Assembly: GCA_051530055.1 (NCBI GenBank)
Contig: CM121341.1
Span: 18,888,784 to 18,952,783, forward strand
Direction: 5' to 3'
DNA from: Neoechinorhynchus agilis
Taxonomy: Eukaryota; Animalia; Acanthocephala
Length of the DNA stretch: 64,000 nt
Under the pieces are notes generated by a model that searched no databases, had not been told where the DNA came from, and saw nothing but the letters and a program-made list of their open reading frames with translations. How positions within the stretch are numbered: position 1 is the first letter of the stretch; each line of letters begins with the position of its first letter. Below, piece after piece: positions 22,174 through 35,200 of this stretch. Position numbers and translations under genes: made by a program.

Positions 22174-24223
22174 ATGTCTGTAGCTGATGAGCTGTGCCTT
22201 GGAGTTGGTGAGTTCCGTTTGATTAGTCGTCAGACACCCGAAATACTATCGGACGGCAAAGATGCTGAGTGGTATAGGCAATTTTTGTCCGATCTTCCTA
22301 TTATGCCTGATATAGTGTTCCCAAAGAATCGTTTAATCGTTGAGCATCGATACAGCGGATTTGTGGTTTCGTTTGAAGCTCTGAATGCTTTGGCTGGTGT
22401 ACCGGTATTGATTCTTGAGAAAAAAGGGAGAAAGCTCGGAATGGATGCCATTTAGACACGTCATCGAGTCCGGATGTTCAACTACCCTTTGAATGGCGAC
22501 CTCACGATTCTTTTAAATCAGCAGAGCGCGATATGTTCGATTGGACATTCAGTACAAACTTCAACGGCGACCTAAGAGGACCGAGGACTTTTTACTGTTG
22601 TGAACAGAAGGAGCTTAATTTGGAACCGTTCAATTTGGCTGCCAGTGATCCCAGCACGATTCATCATTTTAAGCACATAATCTTATATGAGGATGAAATG
22701 GCTGACAACGGTGCTGTGATTTGTGATGTTCGGTATCGCGTTGAGCATTGTAAGCAACAAACTGTTCTACTTTTGGTTCTCTTTAGATGGATGTTCCGAG
22801 TCAATGGAGTTCTTTGCCGTAGCAAAGAGACACGATATTGCTACACTGGCGGCAATCAAATCTTTAGACAGGTTAGCTTAAGTGAAATTCCTTTTGATGG
22901 AAAAGACGAACACCAAGCAATCTATGAGCTCATTAAAGCAGAACCAAAGTGGCGCAAAATCGAGAAACTCGATCTTGGAGAGCCAATTCCTCCAATAAGG
23001 CGCCTTAACACGCTTATTATACCATCGCTGGGCTATGGAACGTATAAAATATGCAATCCAGACCACGTTAAGAATGCAATCAAATTTTTGGCCGATGAAA
23101 TGACCACTATCCTTATTGATACAGCAGAAGTCTACAAAAATGAAGAAATAGTTGGTAAATGCATCAAAGAATCAAATATGTAATGGGATTGATTCAAAGT
23201 AGTTTTTTACTACGTTGCTTAATCGCAACTCGTTTCCAAAATTAACATCAAAGTCCCTACGCTGCAGAGAGCATAAATATTGTGTTGCTATCAATCCACT
23301 GGACTTACTAAAAAAAGTCGAAATAGAGAAAATAATTTTAATTTAATTATTTTCGTTATTTCGCCTTGACCAAAACAATATACGAATAATATCTATACAC
23401 TTATTAAAAAGAATCTTCGTCGAGAATTTTTACCCAACTTTTTATTATTATACACGTACAATTTAAATTTGACTTACACTTAATGAAATCGTATTACCGA
23501 TCTGTTTCAAAAATATCCGACTTTAATAATCAATACCCAAACTAAATTGATCGCTCACGAGTATTTCTAACTACAAAAATCGGTCCTATGTCGATGGGCT
23601 ACGAACCTAGCCGTCAGTGTATTCGCAAAAGTCTGGAAAAGCTTCAAACGAGCTATGTGGATCTTCTTCTTATTCACTGGCCGGCTGCATCGAAAGCGAA
23701 TAAATTCGCACTATCGCCTTGTGAACTACGACGTGAAACCTGGCAAGCTATGTGCGAAGCTAAAGCAAATGGGTACTGCCGATTTATTGGTGTTTCGAAT
23801 TTCACACCTCGTCACCTTCAAGATATAATGAGCAGTGCTGAGAAACCGTCTATAAACCAAATAGAACTGAATCCCGTGTATTGGGACCACAATACGCTCG
23901 AATTTTGTCGCGAAAATGGAATAGCTATTCAGGGCTATTCCGTTCTGGGTGGATATAAGAAGGAGTACAGGAAAAGGATTGAGGAATCACTGAAGGATTT
24001 TCCACGCCCGGGATTCTCATGGGCTCAATTGTGCTTGTCTTGGGCACTACAAAGGCATCCGTACGCACTTTCTGTCCTGTTCACCTCTACGAATTCAGAT
24101 CATCTAAAAGAATGCGTCGAATCCATTCAATTTCGCCTCATAGACGATGAAATTAAGATGGTTGATGGCTATTTCGAGGGCGAGCGTAACAAACTATATT
24201 GGGACCCCACAAATGTTGACTGA
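22174..24223 (+). CDS. TIP41-like (TIPRL) / aldo-keto reductase fusion protein
   Basis: Exons ~22174-22396(or 22405), 22456-23179 and 23548-24223. TIP41 motifs LPIMPDIVF, FDWTFST, ILYEDEMADNG, FRVNGVL. AKR motifs PSLGYGTY, IDTAEVYKNE, FLTTK, YVDLLLIHWP, IGVSNF, NQIE. The AKR tetrad D/Y/K/H is present. Confidence 0.85.
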
Positions 24224-24276
24224 TTTTTTCGGTACACTCACTAAATTTATACCGTGGTCCCCACGCTTTTTTAGAT

Positions 24277-26088
24277 ATGACCCAATCCTCGAAGCAAACC
24301 GCAGAGGATTCAAAGAGAACGAAAAGAGTGTTCACGGATGCACCTCCGCCTAAGAAAAAGAAATCTCGATGGGCCACTCCCGATCAAATCGCTACAACTG
24401 ACATGCCAGCCACTATTCCTTCCAATCTAAGTAAAGAACATGAGCAGATATATATACTGCATTTGCAGATTCAAGAACTTTCAAGGAGAATAAATGTAGG
24501 CGATCTTGGGATACCGATGAACCCTGAGGACAGGAGCCCATCTCCTGAGCCTGAATATGACTCCTACGGGAAACGAACGAACCTCAGAGAAGCGAGAGCA
24601 AGAAAAAAGCTAAGTCAGTCAATTTTAGCGGACTTTCCCAAAATCGAAAATTTCAGTAACCTATGTGCGCCCCGGTCGATTGGGTAAATGTTCGCGAATC
24701 AAACTCGGAAATGTATGGAGTCCAAAAAAGAAATTGTAGTTTTGAGCTAATTTAAATTTTAGAAAATTTTCGGCTTTTAATTCAATTTTTTATCGTTATA
24801 AATCGTAATTTGGATATCGATTGCACATTGTTTATTGATACATTTTCTACATTTTCTGGAGAGTATTAATGTAAACAGAGTGATAAAATAATCGGTGAAG
24901 CATTGTAATATCTAAAATATGGAGCGAATCACTTTTCCAGAATTTGGATTATCTTTTTTAGGTGCATCCTCGTCTTTTTAAAGAAGAACGTGCACATTTC
25001 GAGGTGAGCTGAAATCGGTTGAGGCCGATTGCGTCTTGTAAAATTTTAAGCGCAGTTTTCTGCCGACGACAAAACGTTTCAATTCCGACAGTTGATAATT
25101 TAGGTGTTTGATCCCGTCGGCTTTATTCTGAACCGCTGAAATTAACCGGCAAAGAGGAAGAGCGACATCGTTGTATTCAGAAGATGATGAAGTTATGCCC
25201 GGAATATAAGCCTCCAATTGACTATAAGACTACAGCTGTTCGTTATACGGCTAAAGTAGATATACCTCAAGAGGAATATCCTCAAATAAACTTTTTAGGT
25301 CTCATAATAGGCCCAAGAGGGAACAGTTTGAAATCTTTAGAACGAGAGACTGGCACGAAGATAATAATTCGAGGAAAAGGTGCAAACAAGACCAATCGGG
25401 AGATTGTCTTAAGTTCAAATGGAATCGACGAAGAACCTCTTCATGCCTATATAACAGCTCCAGATCAAGAGTTGGCTGACGGGGCTGCCGAGAAGCTGAG
25501 AGAAGTTATCCGCACGGGAATAGAGGATCCGGAATCTTTGAGCGAGCGTCGAAAGAACCAATTGAAGGAATTGGCTGTTTTGAACGGAACATATCGGGAA
25601 AATGACGGCCTTAACAGACTTAAAGTTCTTAGTGAAGCCGAAGAAATTGTCACCAATCGGATTGTCTGTGGAGTATGTGGTGGACTCGGTCATTTAGTGT
25701 TGATGGTTTCTCTCTCAAATTTGGGTTGGTTAAAAATCATCAACTTATAGACTCAGATTGCTTGCAGAAACGAGATGAGACTGCCGTTCCAGTAACAGTA
25801 GACCGGGAATACCTTGCACTTATGACGGAACTTGGCGAAGATGCTTCGGCGTCCGCTGATTTGGCGGCTCTAAAGGGTTTTAGCGTGAACGCAGCACAGA
25901 TAAGTGTCACTCCTTCACAGGCTCTACCACGACCAGCACAACAAATCTACTATCCGCAATATGGTCATCAATCAGTGTACCCTTATGTAGATCCTTCTTA
26001 CGGATACATGCTCGCTTATCCATATGCCGTTACTGGATACTCACAGATGAACGGACAACCGACGCAGTTTCCTCCTCGGTCACAGTAA
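24277..26088 (+). CDS. SF1: Splicing factor 1 / branchpoint-binding protein
   Basis: KKKKSRW, RSPSPEPEYD..GKRTN.RE, KH-QUA2 (INFLGLIIGPRGNSLK..IRGKG), zinc knuckle CGVCGGLGH-x4-C, DREYLALMTELG. Exons ~24277-24613, 25155-25697 and 25751-26088. Confidence 0.95.
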
Positions 26089-26450
26089 ATCTAGGACACT
26101 TGGGCAGAAGAGCTGTCGAATTCGCGTCTCTCATTGCTCTGGACCGATAAATGAATCGTATGTGATGAGCGGTAGCGGGAATTCTGTTTTTATTATTGTA
26201 GATCGTTATGATAGTGTAGTGTGTTCTCTTTTTTACACCGAGATTTTCGAAAATCATTTTTGTTTCCATTCATTGACTTTGTTCTAACATGACAAAAAAA
26301 CGTCCGTAATCACCTTATACCCGCAATATGATTTTAATATTTACTAAAATCTAAAAGTCGATGATACCAACAACAACAAAAAAATGCTGCCAGGCTCGAA
26401 ACCATAGACGGGTGCATTGGACTCCGTCGAAATGAGGTTAATTTTTTCAG

Positions 26451-27089
26451 ATGATTCCAGTAAAACAATCTTCAGCACTCCCTTCGGCTGACATTACAAA
26501 TTTAGTAGATTCCCTTCCATATTTTGATCCAGCGCACAATGAATCGGACCGCGACGAGGTCCGTCGCCTAATAGATGAGGAGATGCGCCTCTACAAGCCA
26601 TCGGGAAAGAATTACCTTGAACATTTGGGGCAACCAGCATACGAGGCATTTGAGACCCCATTGATGCGATCCGAGATGGAACGAATCGATAATCATGAAC
26701 CGTTAGACGCATTGGATATGCGAGCGTACGAAATACCGAATCCAACGAACATGAACGACGTTTCCAGCTGGAAGAAGGCATTGGACAATTCACGAGCTCA
26801 ACTGGTACACCAGCGTCTCAGAATCATGAATTTGGAAGCTTTGCTGAGGTGCGGAAAAACGAGTTGGAAGCGCTATGCGGATGATATGGAACAAAAAGCC
26901 AGCATTGTTAAAGAAAGACTCCGAGAAGTGAAGCAGCAGACACGAAATGTCAATATTGCACGCAAAGGTGAACAAACGGAGGCTGGAGTAGAACTTAGGA
27001 AACTCGAGAATCAATGGGTGAGCTTGGTGAGCAAGAATTATGAAATTGAGTGTAGAATAAGCGCTTTGGAAAAGGAATTATGCAAATAA
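26451..27089 (+). CDS. BCAS2: Pre-mRNA splicing factor SPF27 / BCAS2
   Basis: VDSLPYFD, LIDEEM, NYLEHL, W..ALDNSRAQL.HQ..RI.NLE, LE..WVSLVSKNYEIE. Confidence 0.93.
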   Translation: MIPVKQSSALPSADITNLVDSLPYFDPAHNESDRDEVRRLIDEEMRLYKPSGKNYLEHLGQPAYEAFETPLMRSEMERIDNHEPLDALDMRAYEIPNPTNMNDVSSWKKALDNSRAQLVHQRLRIMNLEALLRCGKTSWKRYADDMEQKASIVKERLREVKQQTRNVNIARKGEQTEAGVELRKLENQWVSLVSKNYEIECRISALEKELCK

Positions 27090-27844
27090 ATTTTTGATAA
27101 TTTTGACACCTCGCCCGATCGGAAATTTCTTTTTGAAAAACGCAAAATCAGTTGCGGTGTAGTAAAAAGCTGCGAATTGTCTTATAAAAATCTACTCCAA
27201 AGTGTCATTGCTACATTGGGGAGATTCAAACTAAATATAAATTTTCTTGTTTTAGCTCCTATGAACATCGAAATATGGATAAATTAAAATGGCCATTCTC
27301 ATAATAATTGATGTTCATTCAATGAGCTCCAACGAATATTCTAAATGGACGCTGAAAGGATCTTGCACGTTTTCCAAATCTTTAATGCTGAATTCAAGCT
27401 TTTTAGCAAAATAAAATGATTCGTTCATAGCAAAATTAAGTCATTATTGTGCATGAAAAGGCTTGGAACGAAAGAATACGGCATTTTGTACTTGCAAAGC
27501 CTTTTCCTTCTACAAAATGTCGACGATGTGTTTCGTTATTCCACAAAAACATCTTCGGCTTTGAGATCGTTTCTGGTGTTGGCGGCGCTCTCTATCTGTG
27601 GCGTTTGACGCCATTCAGCGGCGCTCGGCAAATTAATTTTCATTCCACGAGCAGAGCGCGCGCCATTAATTGTACCGTTTATCAATTTTAGTTTTCATTT
27701 TTTCCCAAATGATCACGAATATTAACTTATTAAGCGGAAAGAAAAAACTTCGGAAATGATCATGTTCGCCTCGATTACCGTGACCTTTTTCGTTTGGTGA
27801 CTTTTGAATTTCCCTTTGAGAAATTGTTCCTTGTTGATCCGCAG

Positions 27845-30660
<2,816 letters not shown>

Positions 30661-31169
30661 GATGTGCAATAATAAAAAATGAAAACTAATAAAGGAATGC
30701 TGGTTTGCGATTTGTTGAATATGTAACCGAAACCATTCAAAGGACACAACACTACCGAGCAGCAACAAATGCTTAGAAAATGATCCTAAATACAGATCAC
30801 TCAATTTTTAGTCATTTGACTTTGTAAAGGAAAATGTAGATTATACGACCATTAAAGAAGCTAATTCAAACAAGAAAATAATGGCACAGATTTTCAATCT
30901 GCTCTCTCTCGCTTAAAAATCAAGTGGTTATTGATATTTCAAAACTCGATTGTAGAATTAGCCTATGAGTTTAGGAAATTAACAAACTCTCGCAGTTTCA
31001 GTGTTAGTTATCCAAATTGTAGAATGCATCGCTCTTCATTGAGAACAAAAGCTAAAAAATTCGCAACTCCGCCGTGCCATGAATGTTCGAAGTTATCCTC
31101 ACACAAACTAAATAGCTTTTGTTGATCATCGGCATTTTATGAAGTACACCTGAAAATATTCCATTGCCC

Positions 31170-31330
31170 AGAGGATCCAGCATTCCATTTCTGAATCATA
31201 CAGTTGATTCTCGGATAAAATAGTTGACGGTCTTTGAGTACTTTGTTGCTGCTGTGACCATCCATTTTCCAAGGTCCAACATCACAAATTCTCTCAATGG
31301 GTCGATGTTGGAAAATGTAGAGCGATCTCC
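31170..31330 (-). mobile_element. Decayed 3' fragment of a second CRE-like family (copy 1 of 3)
   Basis: Shares gaggatccagcattcc, tgattctc.gataaaa and aattctctcaatgg with 52790-52960 and 55455-55660. Confidence 0.5.
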
Positions 31331-32277
31331 TTTTTTCGGTATTCCAACCTTTTAGTCACATCACCGGATTTTTCGTCCTTTGTTCTACAAATTCCGAAAG
31401 CGATCACAATTCCTACTGATAATGAAGAGCTAAACGGCGCTTTCGAGCACTTTTTGGCAACTGGATACAATACTCGTATCGAGTTATACAATGTAGACAG
31501 GTGAGGGGTTTAAATTACTTTAAAGCCTCACATTTGTTTTTTGTACTTCTTTTGATTGATATAAACGCTCATCAGATGATAGTTCAGTTGATCCAGCTCT
31601 ACAATATGCGTTATTTTCTACGGAATCAGTTTAAGTACCCTCGGAAAAATTTACAGGACTCAATTGGTACGTGTTTTCCCAGCGTATTGATTAACGATAT
31701 TATCGAGTTTATTCTGATCAGTATAACTTTTGGAGATTGACGCAAGGTTTGATATTTCAGCACACTTGTACGCCATTTATATAATCCTTTAATTTTTTCT
31801 CTAGAAGCCAAACTTTAATAATAAATTTATTTCTAAGTTAACAAGGCAAAAGACCCAATCTAAAAACACATCTGTCTTTTCAATTACGACAGATATACTT
31901 GTTTCGAGTCACTCTCGTGAAAATTTAAAATCCTTATGGAGCTCCTCATCGTGTTAGGTTTTAACTTCCATCTGAATTGTAGTTTATCCAAGTTGATTTT
32001 TTTCAAATAAAACTAACATCTATCGATCACCTTAAAGCATGTTATCTAGAATCAATAAATCCGCTAAACTGGTCCTATTGGAAGAACATGAAATTCATCG
32101 ATTATTGATAAACAATGGGATATCCGCTTCAATTTTAAAACTTGGAATATTGTACACTCTCCTACAAGACACAACTTGCGATCTACTTCTTTTAAAACGT
32201 TACAGAAAAGAGCTCGAGAAGGGTTCATAGTTCATTATTTGAAAACTACACAGTTCAACAAAACTATCTTCTTTCAA

Positions 32278-35200
32278 TCATAATTTATCACTTGCAAATT
32301 TAGTGCGTCCCTTAAAGACAAATTCCTCGTATATCTTCTCATCGCATGAAAGTTCAACATTGTCTCCGATTAATTGCTTCGCGAATTTAATCATATTGAT
32401 TCGGTCGACGTCAGCGAATCGACTAAACGGATAGAAATAAGTATCAAAGACGTACTCGGCTTTTTCACGAATAAAGTCGAAATTGGCGTCAACAAAATCA
32501 CTCAGGGCAAACATGTGTTCATCAATTGGTTTTTGTTTGTCAAATATTGATTCTATCACTTCGCGGAAACCACAGATAAGCAGAAAGTATGCAATGGCAG
32601 CGAAATAATGAATCTCTTTTAAATTCCTCAAATTCGACATCCAACTAGGCATTTCATCTGCGATATTGACAAGATCCGAGATTAATCTGGAGAGGAATAG
32701 AGAGTTCCATTCAATTTTATCATACAATAACGCACAAAGTATAGCATAAAAATGAATTCCTTCATGGCTATTGGCATGAATTAGTCGATTTAAATGACGA
32801 ATCTTTTCTCGGAGAAATTTGACTGATATGTTTGAGTTTTTTTGGAGGCGTATAGCAAAAGATAATAAATGGAAAATGAATGCGATTGTGATTTCGCCAC
32901 TCGGTTTTAACATGACGCTCGAAGGAAGCCAATGTCGATATACGAGATGTAAAAGAGAGGATTTACAAGTCTGGGCATATGCTTCTATGGGAGATTTATT
33001 TAACCAGTAGGAATGCATTGGCAATTGTGAGCTGAGCAGGTTATTAAACCGGATTCGTTTTTCTTCGTATTCCGTGTCAAGATTACTGTGACCAACCAGC
33101 TTAATCGGCATAATACAATTGCACGATATTCCTGCATTTAAGAGCTGGGCCGAGGACGGTTGCGAATTAAAATACAAATCATCGGTTTTCATAAACATCT
33201 CACAACAAGTAAAATGAACAGCCTTGCACTGACTGAACATGTGAAAGATTTCACTTGGAGTTTGGTTGCCCAAATCATGTGGAGGTGATAACGTTTGCAC
33301 ACTCACATAAACAAGTAGACCGAGTAGACCTGTTTCGGGGTCATCGTAACCGCTTTTACATACAATACATGCAGGTTTCAAAGATAGTTCTTTAATTTCG
33401 TTGACAAAACCATATCCATAATCCTTTCCGCGATCTGCATACTGTTTTTTCAATCGATCTATTCTATCTTTTCTCAGTTTGCGTCTGCCAAGTCTTGCGG
33501 CTTCCAATGATTCTCGAGCTGCATTTCTTATACCAACGAATTCGCTGTTTACTAGCAGGTTTAGTAGTTCTTCGGCGTCACCGGAGAGCACATCGCCTTT
33601 GCAACTTAGCAGCTGCTCATTTTTAATCTCTGATATTAGTTCAACGATTTCGAGACAATTCCTCTGACCAACTTCATTGTGCTTACATGTAGAAATTAGG
33701 CATTTTAACGCAAAAAGAGGTCGATTTTCGTGCTTTAAATATTCTAAACATTTCAGTGTTACCCCTCGTTTTTCAAAATACATCACGAGCTCTTGTCCTG
33801 ACACGCTTTCACTGTTCAAATTTGAAATAAACTCAGTCAATGGACAGTTAGTTTGCCGCATTTGTTCACTTCCCAAAAAATCGTCAACCATAGGATCTAG
33901 CGCAGAATGAAATAGGGAAGCATCGATTGCATAAAGCCGTGGAAGTAAATAGGACAATTGCGCAATATATTTTCCTTCCGCGAACAATGTGTCGAACATC
34001 TTAATAATCCATTCAGAGTTAATAATCTTGCTCAACGAACACAACCCATCGTTTGATTCAATAGAAAACGCAATTATGGCACAACAATATTCTAAAATAT
34101 CATTTTGGTCAGACTCACTAGCAGTTATTATTCCTATCAAGCCCAAAATTTCCGTCAGAACATCGTTTCCCAACTGTAAGGTAAAACCCTTTGGATTCGC
34201 CTTCAATGCCTTCATCTGTGTGTTAATGTTCTTAAAATAAACAACGATGGACGACCGTATACTGATATTTACTTCAGGATCCAACAAGCACTTTAGCAAC
34301 TCAACGGTGTTAGCTGATGCAATCGCTTCGTCGATTAAAGGAGCAAATCTGAACCTTGTATCGATGTCTGTGTTGGTTATTGTCATGAAGTCATTCTCAT
34401 CGCTAGGCCGTTCACTTAAGCCGCTTAATCTGTACATTATGATCATTGTGGGTGTTTCGGGATTATTTGCAATCCAAAGGAATTTATAGACATCAACTAA
34501 TCTTACTTGTAAATTTACCAAAGAGTTCAATACCACAAGATCCATGCCAGTTGTTATGTCTAAAAGAGATTCGTACTCAAGTTGTGCGCAAATAAAGTTG
34601 CGAATATCGAGCATTGTCAAATCAGACACAGCCTGATCTGATGCACAAATATCCTGCGAAACATTAAACGTGTCTTGACCAAGGGAAGACTGAATAAATT
34701 CGTTTTGAACTGGATCACCATATATGCACAATTCAATATTTTGAGGTTCACCAGAAGTTGGAATTTTAGTGAGTTCTGTCATCAATTTAAGCAGCCTTAC
34801 ACATCTATTGACATAATGATAATCATTGTCATATTTTCGAGATTCAACAAGTTCAGCTATACTTTTACTGCATATCGTGAACCACATCATTTGGTCCATT
34901 AGAGATTTGCAACTTTCGCAAGCAAGATCGTCAAATCGCTGTTGTAATTTATTAAAATCAGCGTCATTTGAAACATTCGCCCAATCGGGTTTCGTGTAAA
35001 GAAAAAAGAGTGACGAATTAAGCTCTTTTTTTATTCTTAATGTACAGTCCGCAGAATTTATACATGCTGATATGTAAGTCACAATTGTATTTGACGCGTC
35101 AATCGAACAGTCAGGAAGCTTTTGAGTAATCCTATCAGTCCAATCAAGTAAGTTGTTTTTTAAAAATTCCAGGCATAATCTATCCTCACTAATTTCAACA

